Below are positions 1 through 9,720 of a DNA stretch of 64,000 nucleotides, piece after piece; the stretch's first letter is position 1, and every line of letters starts with the position of its first letter. The DNA is from an uncultured Nitrospiraceae bacterium (GTDB lineage Bacteria > Nitrospirota > Thermodesulfovibrionia > Thermodesulfovibrionales > UBA6898), in NCBI GenBank assembly GCA_963811165.1, contig CAWEQH010000010.1:416001-480000 (forward strand). The letters are read 5' to 3'. A program made the position numbers and the translations under genes. The notes beneath the pieces were generated by a model, which was not told the origin of the DNA, made no database searches, and saw nothing but the letters and a program-made list of their open reading frames with translations.

Positions 1-143
1 CAGGGACGTATCGCAGTATTGCAGTAAGGACACCTCGATGAGGGAAATACTATAGAGAGGTTCCTCGGTATCCGGTATATGCAGACGTTTAAGAAAGATC
101 CGATGAGAAGACCGAAAGCGACAGCCATGACATATTCAGACAT
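1..143 (-). CDS. pilD: Prepilin peptidase, N-terminal part (runs off the window start)
   Basis: Manual translation from ATG at 143: [47 protein letters not shown]. It has the GSFLNVxIYRxP motif and the first CxxC of peptidase A24 N-domains. Not in the ORF track. Confidence 0.9.
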   Translation of the reverse strand, partial: MSEYVMAVAFGLLIGSFLNVCIYRIPRNLSIVFPSSRCPYCNTAIRP

Positions 144-145
144 TG

Positions 146-460
146 TTACATTCTCGCGCTACTCATCTCCGAGACCTTCTTTTTCAGCTCGTCGATATTT
201 TTCTCTATTTTTTTTATCTCGTCCATCGCCGCCAGGACAGTCCGATCCCGCATAACGTTTTTGTCGGGATTGCCATTCAGTTCATAGACGCGCAGCCCTA
301 TAGTCTTAAGCAATGCTTCCTTGCTCTTTTCCATCTCATCCGACTGATAAAGCAGCCTAATAACCGCAACCTCGATCTTCAGCCTTTCGGATAGGACAAT
401 CGCGACCCATTTCAGCCTGTATAAACCTTCCCTGAAATTCTCTTTCAGTCTCTGAAACAT
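146..460 (-). CDS. Hypothetical coiled-coil protein
   Basis: [12 protein letters not shown]..., preceded by AGGGGG; ATG overlaps the recG stop (TAATG). Confidence 0.7.
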   Translation of the reverse strand: MFQRLKENFREGLYRLKWVAIVLSERLKIEVAVIRLLYQSDEMEKSKEALLKTIGLRVYELNGNPDKNVMRDRTVLAAMDEIKKIEKNIDELKKKVSEMSSARM

Positions 461-2559
461 TATTCCCCCTGTGCCGTCTGATAACAATCAGCCTTCCCCG
501 GCAAGAAAGCCTCAGAAGACTTTCTCAGCAACGGGAAACATTCAATCTCCCGTCCGGTATCGACCAGATCAAAGGCTTCCCTTCTGGCAACTTCCAGTAT
601 GTCCAGGTCTCTCACGGGATCGGCCACTTTAAAGTCCGGCATGCCCGCCTGTCTCGTGCCAAAGAACTGCCCCGGACCCCTTATCGCGAGATCTTCTTCC
701 GCTATCCGGAAACCGTCTGACGTTTTGACCATAACTTCGAGCCTACGCCGGGCATCTTCACCAAGAGGCTCATACGCGATGAGAAGGCAGTAGGACAATT
801 CCCCACCGCGACCTACCCGGCCCCTTAACTGATGGAGTTGGGCCAGTCCAAACCGCTCGGCATGGACAATGACCATGACAGTGGCGTTCGGCACATCCAC
901 TCCGACCTCGATAACCGTCGTACTCACTAAAATGTGAGTCTCCCCTCTCTTAAAGGACGACATCGCCGCCTGTTTATCTGAGGGGCTCATCCGGCTGTGA
1001 AGAAGACCTACCTTCAATTCCGGAAATATTTTCCGGAATGCCTCGTGCCCTCGCACTGCGGATTTGATGTCGGCATTTTCTGATTCACCGATAACAGGGT
1101 AAACCACATATGCCTGTCTGCCCTTCCCGATCTCTTCTTCCATTGTTGCGTATATAGCAGTCTTCTGTCCAGGCATTAATACCCTCGTCACCATCGGCTT
1201 CCTTCCCGACGGCATTTCCCTGATAACGGAATAATCGAGATCGCCGTACATGGTGAGAGCCAAAGACCTCGGTATGGGTGTCGCAGTCATCACGAGCACA
1301 TGAGGACTCGTTCCCTTTTTCTTCAGGAGGCCCCTCTGTGTTACCCCAAACTTGTGCTGCTCGTCGATCACGACAAGTCCGAGATCGCTAAAAATAACGC
1401 CTTCCTGGATAAGCGCATGGGTACCAACTACAATCGCCACTTCTTTTGAGGCTATCATATCAATATCTCTTTCACTCGTTCCGCCGGCCACAAGCGCCGT
1501 CTTAATACCCATATTTTCAACAACATTGCGTAGCGTATAAAAATGCTGCTCGGCCAGCACCTCGGTGGGTGCCATGAGCGCGGCCTGACAGCCGCATTCC
1601 GACGCATGAAGCATGGCCAGAAGAGCGACGATAGTCTTGCCGCATCCGACGTCGCCCTGGAGTAGTCTTTTCATCGGGTACGTTTTGGCCATGTCACTTT
1701 TGATTTGAGCCAAGACCATCTCCTGATCTCCTGTTAATACGAAGGGAAGTCTTTCCATAAGTTTTCGCTGAAAAACGCCCTCACAACTGAGCACCTTCCC
1801 TTCTTCGCGGCTCTCCTTCTTCCTCATCATCGCCATAGCTAATCCGAATGAAAACAGTTCATCGAAAATCAGCCTTCTATGGTATATGCTTTCCCGGCGG
1901 TTCAGCGACTCCGCATCACTGCCGCGAGAGGGAAAATGCAGTTCTTTGATGCTCTCTTTAAGGGGGGGGAGATTATGTTTTTTTAATATATCTACGGGCA
2001 GCGGGTCGATTATCTTATCTGCAAAGTCCTCGACAATATCGAACATGATCTTTCTAAACTGCTTCTGGCTGATCCCCTCAGTGAGACGATATACGGGGAC
2101 TATCCTTTCGGCATGGATAGAGGAATCGTTGTCTTCGCCGACGATCTCATACTCGGGGGTATTGAAACCCAGCGCGCTTGAAAAAGGGTCCCTCTTCACC
2201 ACTCCGCTCAGAAGGATCTCCTGTCCGGCCGCTATATTCTTTTTCATAAAAGGCTGGTTAAACCATCTTGCCGCTGCCACGGCGGTCCCGTCGTCTACGG
2301 TGATCTCAAAAATTCCCAGTCGGCGGCCCCGCAACCCCTTGACTCCGGCCGTTATGACTCTCCCCCGGACGGTCTCCCACTGACCTTCTCTAATGTTGAG
2401 GATGTCGTTAACCCTGGACCTGTCTTCATAACGATTGGGGAGATAAGAGAGAGAGTCCTTCACCGTGGCAATGCCGATCCCACCAAGTAACTCGGCCCTT
2501 TTGGGACCGACACCCCTGGCGCAGTGTATGAGTACTTCTGATAGGTTGCTATCCATCAA
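460..2559 (-). CDS. recG: ATP-dependent DNA helicase RecG
   Basis: LLQGDVGCGKT, DEQHKFGV, MTATPIPRSL, QLHQLRGRVGRG and DLAIRGPG motifs; N-terminal wedge domain. Confidence 0.97.
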   Translation of the reverse strand: MMDSNLSEVLIHCARGVGPKRAELLGGIGIATVKDSLSYLPNRYEDRSRVNDILNIREGQWETVRGRVITAGVKGLRGRRLGIFEITVDDGTAVAAARWFNQPFMKKNIAAGQEILLSGVVKRDPFSSALGFNTPEYEIVGEDNDSSIHAERIVPVYRLTEGISQKQFRKIMFDIVEDFADKIIDPLPVDILKKHNLPPLKESIKELHFPSRGSDAESLNRRESIYHRRLIFDELFSFGLAMAMMRKKESREEGKVLSCEGVFQRKLMERLPFVLTGDQEMVLAQIKSDMAKTYPMKRLLQGDVGCGKTIVALLAMLHASECGCQAALMAPTEVLAEQHFYTLRNVVENMGIKTALVAGGTSERDIDMIASKEVAIVVGTHALIQEGVIFSDLGLVVIDEQHKFGVTQRGLLKKKGTSPHVLVMTATPIPRSLALTMYGDLDYSVIREMPSGRKPMVTRVLMPGQKTAIYATMEEEIGKGRQAYVVYPVIGESENADIKSAVRGHEAFRKIFPELKVGLLHSRMSPSDKQAAMSSFKRGETHILVSTTVIEVGVDVPNATVMVIVHAERFGLAQLHQLRGRVGRGGELSYCLLIAYEPLGEDARRRLEVMVKTSDGFRIAEEDLAIRGPGQFFGTRQAGMPDFKVADPVRDLDILEVARREAFDLVDTGREIECFPLLRKSSEAFLPGKADCYQTAQGE

Positions 2560-3670
2560 CTGATGGCTGATCTTTTTTCTGTGCTTCCTTCTTTAACGTG
2601 TCTTCAAGGTTCTTGTCCGTCTCTTCCATCCTGATCTTTGAATATTCCGTATCGCTGATGATGTCGATATCCCATCCGGTAAGCTTCATCGCAAGCCTCA
2701 CATTTTGCCCCTTTTTCCCGATCGCAAGGGACAACTGCTGGTCGTTAACGACAACCATAGCGGTCTTGCCTTCTTCGTTAATCCCTATCTTGTCGATCGC
2801 TGCCGGACTCAGCGCCCTTGCAATCAACATTCTGGGGTCGTCTGCCCATGGAATGATATCGATCCGCTCGCCTCTGAGTTCACGCACAATCGTCTGGACC
2901 CGGGTCCCCTTCATCCCCACGCAAGAACCCACCGGATCAACAGCGCTGTTCTTAGAATACACGGCAATCTTCGTCCGTTCCCCAGGTTCCCTCACAATAT
3001 TCTTAATCAGGACAAGCCCCTCGCTAATCTCCGGGACCTCCATCTTAAACAACCCGGCCACAAACTCCGCAGATGTCCTTGAAATAAGAATTGCGGGACC
3101 CTTCGTCGTTATTTTCACATCCTCAATAATCGCCTTTACCGGGTCACCCCTCTTAAGGTTCTCAGTCGGCAGAGTGTCTTTGATCGGAAGTATTGCCTCG
3201 GTCTTTCCAAGGTTGATGTAATAAAACCCTTTTTCCTTCCTCATTACGGTTCCGGTGACGATCTGACCTGCCTTGTCCTTAAATTCGTTATAGATAACAT
3301 CCCTCTCCGCTTCCCTGACCCTCTGGAATATGACCTGTTTTGCTGTCTGCGCGGCAATCCTGCCTAGATCCTGGAGATCAAGCGGAATATCCACGGTTTC
3401 GCCTTCATTTTTCTCAGGGTCAATCTTCTTTGCTTCCGGCACGGAAATTTCTACATTAGCGTCATTCACGATCGAAACTATCGTTTTGGTATCGAAGACT
3501 CTTATATCGCATTTCTGCCGGTCAATGATCAGATTTATGTTAGTTCTACCGCCGTATTTCTTCCGCATTGCAGACAAAAGCGCAGATTCAAGGGCCTCTA
3601 TCAAGATCTCTTTCGATATTCCCTTTTCCCTGCTTATCTGCTCTACGACATGACACAACTCTTTTGTCAT
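2549..3670 (-). CDS. nusA: Transcription termination/antitermination factor NusA
   Basis: GRIAAQTAKQVI, S1 and KH domains (DPVGSCVGMKGTRV, LAIGKKGQNVRLA). Confidence 0.98.
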   Translation of the reverse strand: MTKELCHVVEQISREKGISKEILIEALESALLSAMRKKYGGRTNINLIIDRQKCDIRVFDTKTIVSIVNDANVEISVPEAKKIDPEKNEGETVDIPLDLQDLGRIAAQTAKQVIFQRVREAERDVIYNEFKDKAGQIVTGTVMRKEKGFYYINLGKTEAILPIKDTLPTENLKRGDPVKAIIEDVKITTKGPAILISRTSAEFVAGLFKMEVPEISEGLVLIKNIVREPGERTKIAVYSKNSAVDPVGSCVGMKGTRVQTIVRELRGERIDIIPWADDPRMLIARALSPAAIDKIGINEEGKTAMVVVNDQQLSLAIGKKGQNVRLAMKLTGWDIDIISDTEYSKIRMEETDKNLEDTLKKEAQKKDQPSVDG

Positions 3671-4128
3671 TTCAGCTCCATCTCCAATCTCGCCTTTGAG
3701 ACCTGCGCAAATGGGATCTCTATCACTTCATTATCTTTCATAGCCAATATAATAATATTATTTCGTATTTCCGTGATCCTGCCGACAAAAAAGTTTTGTC
3801 TCCCTATACTCTCCTTCGTGATAATCCGCGCTAATTTACCAACACTCAACTCGAAGTCTCTCGCCCTCTTTAACGGTCTGTCAAGTCCAGGAGATGAGAC
3901 CTCAAGGACGTATGCCGACCTGATCGGATCCTCCACGTCAAGAACCGCGGATACTGCACGACTAAAGTGCGCGCAGTCTTCAAGGGTAACGCCGCCCGGT
4001 TTATCGATAAATATCCGCACCGTGGGCCTCCTCATGCTCCCGACAAATTCGATGTCGACCACCTCCACTGCGTATTCAGCAGCCACTGAACCGGCCAACC
4101 CGGCTATTTTCCCTTTAATATCTTCCAT
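3667..4128 (-). CDS. rimP: Ribosome maturation factor RimP
   Basis: IDKPGGVTLEDC and YVLEVSSPGLDRPL motifs; upstream of nusA. Start placed at ATG 4128. Confidence 0.95.
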   Translation of the reverse strand: MEDIKGKIAGLAGSVAAEYAVEVVDIEFVGSMRRPTVRIFIDKPGGVTLEDCAHFSRAVSAVLDVEDPIRSAYVLEVSSPGLDRPLKRARDFELSVGKLARIITKESIGRQNFFVGRITEIRNNIIILAMKDNEVIEIPFAQVSKARLEMELK

Positions 4129-4130
4129 AT

Positions 4131-4160
4131 AAAACAAAAGAGTGGGATTGCCCACTCTTT
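4131..4160 (-). promoter_or_regulatory. rimP-leader hairpin (terminator-like)
   Basis: Minus strand reads AAAGAGTGGG-CAAT-CCCACTCTTT then TGTTTT, just before the rimP ATG. Matches the described rimP-leader stem-loop. Confidence 0.75.
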
Positions 4161-4232
4161 AATCATAAAACTTCAAGAACTAATATTGTTTATTCTACAA
4201 AATTACCGCCAAAAAATCAATCCGTATTCCAT

Positions 4233-5825
4233 TTAAGTGTTCCATTTAAGCACCATACCCGGCAATCTCCCTGTAGGCATACCTTCCCGCACTGCAGGGA
4301 TACCGTTTACTAAAACGCATACGACCCCCTCGGGCTTTTGGAAAGGGTCCTCAAAGGTCGCTATGTCCGTAATTTTTTCTGCATTGAAGATGACGATGTC
4401 CGCATAGTAACCCGCCTTCACCATGCCTCTGTCACGCAGTCCGAACGTCCGTGCCGCCAGTTGGGTGGATTTGTATACAGCCTCGGACAGAGAAAAAAGT
4501 CCTTCCTTTCGGACATAATTGCCCAGTAATCTGGGAAAGGCGCCGAACCCCCTGGGATGGGGTTTCCCCCTTCTCGTTGGTCCGTCAAAGCTCCTCGCAG
4601 AACTGTCGGAACCTATCATGCAATAAGGCAGGGAAAGAAACTTCCTCAGATTATCTTCATTCATCGAAAGAAATATCGCGCCGACCCTGAGCCTCTCTTC
4701 GACAAGCACCTCGAAGACCGTCTCCATCTCGCTCTTTCCGCGCTCGCCGCTGATTTGCGCTATAGTCTTTCCCTCCATCCATCTGTTCTTTTCAGAAACA
4801 ACTGAGGACACTATCACTTTTTCCCAATAGCCCCGCAAGCCGGATTGTTCGCGTATCTCTAGAGCTATTCTGTCCCTTTCTTTTTGGTTCCGGAGTCTTC
4901 TCAGTTCTTCTTCGTTCCCCTTTTCAAAAACCCAAGATGGTAATATTGAGTCGAGATCGGTACTTGACGCTATGTAAGGATAACGGTCGCAGGTAATACT
5001 TACGCCCCGGCTACGGGCCTCGTTAAGCATGGAAAAAACGTTCTCCGACTTCCCCCAGTTCCGCTCCCCCGCTGTCTTTATGTGAGAAATATGGACTTTT
5101 ACACCCGTCTCCTCTCCTATCCTTGTAACTTCCTCCACCGCTTCGAGAAGTCGGACGCCCTCACTCCTCATGTGGCTTGTATAAATAAGCCCCTTGTTTC
5201 TGAGCTCCCTGGTAAGATGGATAAGCTCTTCGGTCCCGGAGTATATGCCGGGAGGATATATCAGACCCGTAGAGAGCCCAATCGCACCGTCTCCTATCGC
5301 CTCTTTCAATAATGCAGCCATCCCTTCCAGTTCCTCCTGAGAAGGTTCTTTATCATCATATCCAATCGCCGAGCCCCGGATATTTCCATGGCCTGCGAGA
5401 AATGCCATATTGATCGCAAGACCGTTTTTTTCAAGGAGAGCGAAGTATTCACTAAACGTATTCCACCTCTCCTTTATGCCGAGTTCCCTCATATCCTCTT
5501 CGCGTTTTTCAGCGACTTTCCTATAAAGAGGTGCTGCGGACATTCCGCAATTTCCATTGATCTCGGTCGTTATCCCCTGACAGATCTTTCCTTCTGCACG
5601 GGGATCGGCCACTATCGTAAAATCAGAGTGTGAATGGGTATCGATGAACCCCGGGCAGACAGCCAGCCCCCCGGCGTCAATGATCTCCCTGGCGCCCTTT
5701 TCACCGGATCGGCCTATGAAACCTATCCTGCCATCCACTACGCCTATGTCGCAGATATGGGGGTCGGAAAGACTTCCGTCGTACAACAGTCCGTTTCTAA
5801 TCAAAATATCGAAGGTCTTGCCCAT
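4233..5825 (-). CDS. N-acyl-D-amino-acid deacylase (amidohydrolase family)
   Basis: PGFIDTHSHSD, GNCGMS, GLSTGLIYPPG, HMRSEG and PHPRGFGAFPR motifs. Confidence 0.9.
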   Translation of the reverse strand: MGKTFDILIRNGLLYDGSLSDPHICDIGVVDGRIGFIGRSGEKGAREIIDAGGLAVCPGFIDTHSHSDFTIVADPRAEGKICQGITTEINGNCGMSAAPLYRKVAEKREEDMRELGIKERWNTFSEYFALLEKNGLAINMAFLAGHGNIRGSAIGYDDKEPSQEELEGMAALLKEAIGDGAIGLSTGLIYPPGIYSGTEELIHLTRELRNKGLIYTSHMRSEGVRLLEAVEEVTRIGEETGVKVHISHIKTAGERNWGKSENVFSMLNEARSRGVSITCDRYPYIASSTDLDSILPSWVFEKGNEEELRRLRNQKERDRIALEIREQSGLRGYWEKVIVSSVVSEKNRWMEGKTIAQISGERGKSEMETVFEVLVEERLRVGAIFLSMNEDNLRKFLSLPYCMIGSDSSARSFDGPTRRGKPHPRGFGAFPRLLGNYVRKEGLFSLSEAVYKSTQLAARTFGLRDRGMVKAGYYADIVIFNAEKITDIATFEDPFQKPEGVVCVLVNGIPAVREGMPTGRLPGMVLKWNT

Positions 5826-5834
5826 TGATGAGAT

Positions 5835-6482
5835 CTATGGCCTTACATTGCTCTCGCCGTCCGCCCTGGTGGCAGGCTGCTGCACAAAGAAAGATTCGGG
5901 AGATTGAAGACTCTTCAAAAAAAGAGGCAATAGGCATGATGACGCGACGCGGGCGCGGCCCCAGAAACTGGGCGTATCGCAGGTCCTCATATTTTCCCTG
6001 TAGGCTTCGAAAGCCATATTTTTCAGGATGGGAAGACATGTCATTGTCAGACCCATCGTGTGGAAAAAATCCCTGGCGGGCAGTCCCACCCTTTCGAGCG
6101 GACCAAATAGCCTTCCAAGTCCGTCTATCATCTCTTCTGCCTTTGTAAAGGACATCAAGACCTTTGCCCCTCCTATCATAAGGAAGACCCTCAGGGTGCG
6201 TACTGCAGCGATATGGACACCTTCGTCGGTAAGCATAAGCACCCCTGCCGAAAAAACTATCCTGCCATGGCGTCCGACGGCATTGCTTATGAAAGTGAAG
6301 AGGAGGAACATGCTTATAGGCAACCATCCTGATTTGAGGGTTTTTAGCGGCATCTTCACGAAAAAAAGGCCAAGAATTGCAGCGGCGCACAGATATGCCG
6401 GCAGGTTGTCGAAAACAAAAAGAAGCACAACGAAAAGGCAGTAGAAAACGATCTTCAACTCAGGCTTAATCTTTAGAGTCAA
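5835..6482 (-). CDS. Energy-coupling factor transporter transmembrane (T/CbiQ-like) component
   Basis: Hydrophobic protein with an EcfT-like pattern (TKAEEMIDGLGRLFGPLERVGLP). Confidence 0.7.
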   Translation of the reverse strand: MTLKIKPELKIVFYCLFVVLLFVFDNLPAYLCAAAILGLFFVKMPLKTLKSGWLPISMFLLFTFISNAVGRHGRIVFSAGVLMLTDEGVHIAAVRTLRVFLMIGGAKVLMSFTKAEEMIDGLGRLFGPLERVGLPARDFFHTMGLTMTCLPILKNMAFEAYRENMRTCDTPSFWGRARVASSCLLPLFLKSLQSPESFFVQQPATRADGESNVRP

Positions 6483-7638
6483 CTGTTCTCCCTACGTGTG
6501 CGATGGTTTGTGAATCCGGAGCAATAGACATGTATTTCGAGATGCCGGAGGCGATGAACCTTGCAATTTCTTCCCTGTACATATCTTTTGACAGCAACTT
6601 CTCTTCAAGAGGATTGCTGATAAATGATACCTCGGCAAGCACCGAGGGCATTCGCGCGCCGAAAAGCACGTAAAACATGGCCCATTTCACCTTCAGGTCG
6701 ACCACGCGCGGATACTTATCTGTCAGCCCTCTTACCATCGCCATCTGGATATAATTGGCGAGTTTATTGGATTCGTCTCTTTTGTGGTCTCTTTTTAGAC
6801 TCGCCAGCTCCACGTCAAGAAAATCCGACTCATTTTTCATCTCTTTCATCTTCTTAAGGGATATCTGGTTTTCCCTCGCGGCCACTTTCATCGATTCCAT
6901 ATCGTCGGACCAGTTGAGAAAATAGGTCTCTATGCCTTTTGCGTCTTTATTCGGACTTGCATTGGCATGCACAGAGACGAAAAGGTCGGCCTTTTTGCTG
7001 TTTGCTATCGCAGTGCGCTCCACAAGAGGGATAAAAACATCCCTGTCCCGCGTCAGAAATACCTCGATATTAGGATCTTCGGACAATATTTTCTTTAACT
7101 TCAGCGCAATATCGAGGACTACGTCCTTTTCACAAAGTTTTTTCGGTCCGATCGCACCCGGGTCGTGGCCTCCATGGCCGGGATCAATGACTATTCTCTT
7201 TTTAGAGGAGACAAGCGGCTGCGCCGATGTCCCGTAGACATCGATGATTATCCTCACCGGGTCTTCAAGGGTAATCATTTTATAGTCCCTAATCTTTTCC
7301 AGATCGAGCACGACCCTCACCGTGTTTTCGTTGAACTGGGCAGCACGCACAGATTTAAGCATGCCGTTTCCGATGGGCAGATTCGTCTTTAATTCCTTCT
7401 TGATAGAGCTGCCCTTTATATCGAAATACAGTCGGTCAGGATTAGCGAGTCGCTTTTTTGCATATTCAACACTGCCGGAAAGTGTTACCACTACCCTCGT
7501 GTAATCAGGATATGACCAGTAGCTGATATCCGTGACGTCGACGATCTCGGAGGACTGTGAAGGGTGAGGGAAAAGGAAAAAAAGGACGGGCACAAGCAGT
7601 AACAGAAAGGTCCGCCTGTTTACCCCTACCGCGCCCAA
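6466..7638 (-). CDS. N-acetylmuramoyl-L-alanine amidase (AMIN + Amidase_3)
   Basis: Signal peptide, AMIN domain (PDRLYFDI, VRVVLDL), IDPGHGGHDPGA, SVHANA and PSVLAEVSFISN motifs. Confidence 0.95.
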   Translation of the reverse strand: MGAVGVNRRTFLLLLVPVLFFLFPHPSQSSEIVDVTDISYWSYPDYTRVVVTLSGSVEYAKKRLANPDRLYFDIKGSSIKKELKTNLPIGNGMLKSVRAAQFNENTVRVVLDLEKIRDYKMITLEDPVRIIIDVYGTSAQPLVSSKKRIVIDPGHGGHDPGAIGPKKLCEKDVVLDIALKLKKILSEDPNIEVFLTRDRDVFIPLVERTAIANSKKADLFVSVHANASPNKDAKGIETYFLNWSDDMESMKVAARENQISLKKMKEMKNESDFLDVELASLKRDHKRDESNKLANYIQMAMVRGLTDKYPRVVDLKVKWAMFYVLFGARMPSVLAEVSFISNPLEEKLLSKDMYREEIARFIASGISKYMSIAPDSQTIAHVGRTVDSKD

Positions 7639-7674
7639 TTTAGATCAATATTCTCCTTACGTCCGTAGTTCCCA

Positions 7675-7896
7675 TTATACCGCCTGTACGGAGGTGATCT
7701 CCGGTATCTCCTTTTTTATACTTGATTCTACCCAATTTTTCATTGTCAGGGAAGACATGGGACAGGTACCGCAAGCGCCCTTCAATTTTACATACACTAC
7801 CGTATCTCTGACGTCGACAAGCTCAATGTCACCGCCTTCAGACTTCAGGCCCGCTCTCACCTTATCTAAGATTGCTTCCACTCTTGCCCTTAGCAT
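7675..7896 (-). CDS. NifU-like Fe-S cluster carrier
   Basis: GGDIELV...LKGACGTCPMS motif; GGAGG RBS before ATG 7896. Confidence 0.92.
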   Translation of the reverse strand: MLRARVEAILDKVRAGLKSEGGDIELVDVRDTVVYVKLKGACGTCPMSSLTMKNWVESSIKKEIPEITSVQAV

Positions 7897-8027
7897 TAGA
7901 CCTCCACTCAATCTCAATAATAATAGAAAGGCCTGAAATATTCAAGTGTTATACGATGTTAACCCTCCTTTTGTCTTGATAATAAGCGATTATTGCCATA
8001 GTCACCGGAGGTAAACCGGAATATATC

Positions 8028-8522
8028 TCAGCCGACTTTTCTGAAGGCCTGTTTCTTTGCCTTGCAGACCGGACATTCATCAGGCGCCTCTCCTTCGGCA
8101 GTATAACCGCATACCTGGCACACATAATAGTCGGCTTCGGCATTGTTGCCGAGGCTGTCGAGAGCCGCCTGGTAGAGACGGGCATGGATCTTTTCGACTT
8201 CATTGGCAAGACTGAAGCTCCTGAGTGCCTTTGCATGGCTCTCTGCCTTTGCTTGCTCTATCATGCGGGGGTACATTTTTTGAAATTCATAAGACTCCCC
8301 GCTTATTGCCGCATCGAGATTATCTCTCGTGCTCTTTATCCCGTTTAACTCTCTGAGATGATTATGCGCATGAATCGTCTCTGCTTCGGCGGCCGCCCTG
8401 AATAACTTTGCAACCTGCAAGAAACCTTCTTCCTCGGCCTTTCTTGCAAAAGCGAGATATTTTCTGTTTGCCTGGGATTCTCCCGCAAAGGCCTCCTGCA
8501 AATTTCTTAAAGTGTCTGACAT
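8028..8522 (-). CDS. rbr: Rubrerythrin
   Basis: AFAGESQANRKY, EAETIHA and EVEKIH di-iron ligands; C-terminal CQVCG...CPVC rubredoxin domain. Confidence 0.95.
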   Translation of the reverse strand: MSDTLRNLQEAFAGESQANRKYLAFARKAEEEGFLQVAKLFRAAAEAETIHAHNHLRELNGIKSTRDNLDAAISGESYEFQKMYPRMIEQAKAESHAKALRSFSLANEVEKIHARLYQAALDSLGNNAEADYYVCQVCGYTAEGEAPDECPVCKAKKQAFRKVG

Positions 8523-8688
8523 AATGATTACTACCTCCTTTTTTTTAATAACCCTTAACCCTATTATATGATATAAACTTCTGCAACAGAATTATTAATT
8601 ATTTCAACCACTAATAGTCTTAAGAAAAAGCCCGCCATCTATCTTTCAGATGCTTGCCTTCGGATATTTTTCCCTGTATGATTTTACT

Positions 8689-8781
8689 GTGCTCGACTCT
8701 CTCTTTAACCCACGTTCAATAGCAGTAATCGGCTCATCAAACGATCCTAAGGTTGTCAAGACCAAAGAGATCATGAATTGA
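8689..8781 (+). pseudogene. N-terminal remnant of an NDP-forming acyl-CoA synthetase (CoA-binding domain)
   Basis: Manual translation from GTG 8689: (M)LDSLFNPRSIAVIGSSNDPKVVKTKEIMN*. Matches the LFxPRSIAVIGAS start of acetate-CoA ligases, then ends. Confidence 0.65.
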
Positions 8782-8949
8782 CTTCGCCAGGTTTTTGAAA
8801 GAACTCAAGGTGGGAAAATAGCCATCCGGAGCCTCCATCCAGGATCGGGAGGGCAAAATGGTCCTTACCGCGCTGTTTGCCGGTCCTTGCATCCCATGAA
8901 CCTTTTCGCCTATTCTAGGTATCAAATCTCATGCGAGGAGTTCTTATCT

Positions 8950-9630
8950 ATGGAAGACCTGAAGACATCTGAAACATGGCGTGTGTTTAGAATACAGTCC
9001 GAACTCGTAGAGGGCTTCGAGACCCTTCATGACCTCGGCCCTGCCGTGACTATCTTCGGAAGTGCACGACTCTCTCCAAAAAATAGATATTATGAAGACG
9101 CAGTCAATCTGGCCAAAATGCTTGCCGATGACGGGTTTGCGATTATAACCGGAGGCGGCCCGGGAATTATGGAAGGCGCCAACAGGGGTGCAAAAAAGGG
9201 GAAGGCGCATTCAGTAGGCCTTAACATAGAGATACCGGCCGAACAAGAACCCAATAAATACCATGACATCAGCCTCTCATTCAGGTATTTCTTCATAAGG
9301 AAGCTGATGTTCATTAAATACGCCATCGCCTTTATCATCTTTCCCGGCGGCTTCGGCACCATGGACGAATTGTTCGAGGCGCTGACCCTTTCGCAAACCA
9401 AAAGAATTCAGTCCTTCCCGATCATCCTCTACGGGTCCGAATATTGGAAGGGTCTTATCGACTGGATGAAAAACACGCTCGTCCAAAACGGCACAATCAC
9501 ACCGGAGGATTTTGCCCTCTTCTCCATCGTCGATACGCCGGAGGAGGTCCGCTTCCTCATCAACGAGCATTACCGGGTATTCGGAGGTCTGAGGCCGAAG
9601 GCAAATAGCAAAAAGAAAGCCCTGAAATGA
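8950..9630 (+). CDS. LOG family (TIGR00730-like) nucleotide phosphoribohydrolase
   Basis: TGGGPGIMEGAN, FRYFFIRKLMF and PGGFGTMDELFE motifs; GAGGAG RBS before ATG 8950. Confidence 0.93.
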   Translation: MEDLKTSETWRVFRIQSELVEGFETLHDLGPAVTIFGSARLSPKNRYYEDAVNLAKMLADDGFAIITGGGPGIMEGANRGAKKGKAHSVGLNIEIPAEQEPNKYHDISLSFRYFFIRKLMFIKYAIAFIIFPGGFGTMDELFEALTLSQTKRIQSFPIILYGSEYWKGLIDWMKNTLVQNGTITPEDFALFSIVDTPEEVRFLINEHYRVFGGLRPKANSKKKALK

Positions 9631-9720
9631 GACTCCTCCCCTTAGCCAGGGAGAAATGATAAGGCGGCTACTTTTTATTCAAAGGCGACAAAAAAATCCC
9701 GCCTCCCCGACGGCTCAAAT

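Noticed and set aside
8780..8940. Structured ncRNA (6S RNA or riboswitch) upstream of the LOG gene
   Set aside because: No convincing long-range pairing or known motif found by eye; an Rfam scan would be needed.
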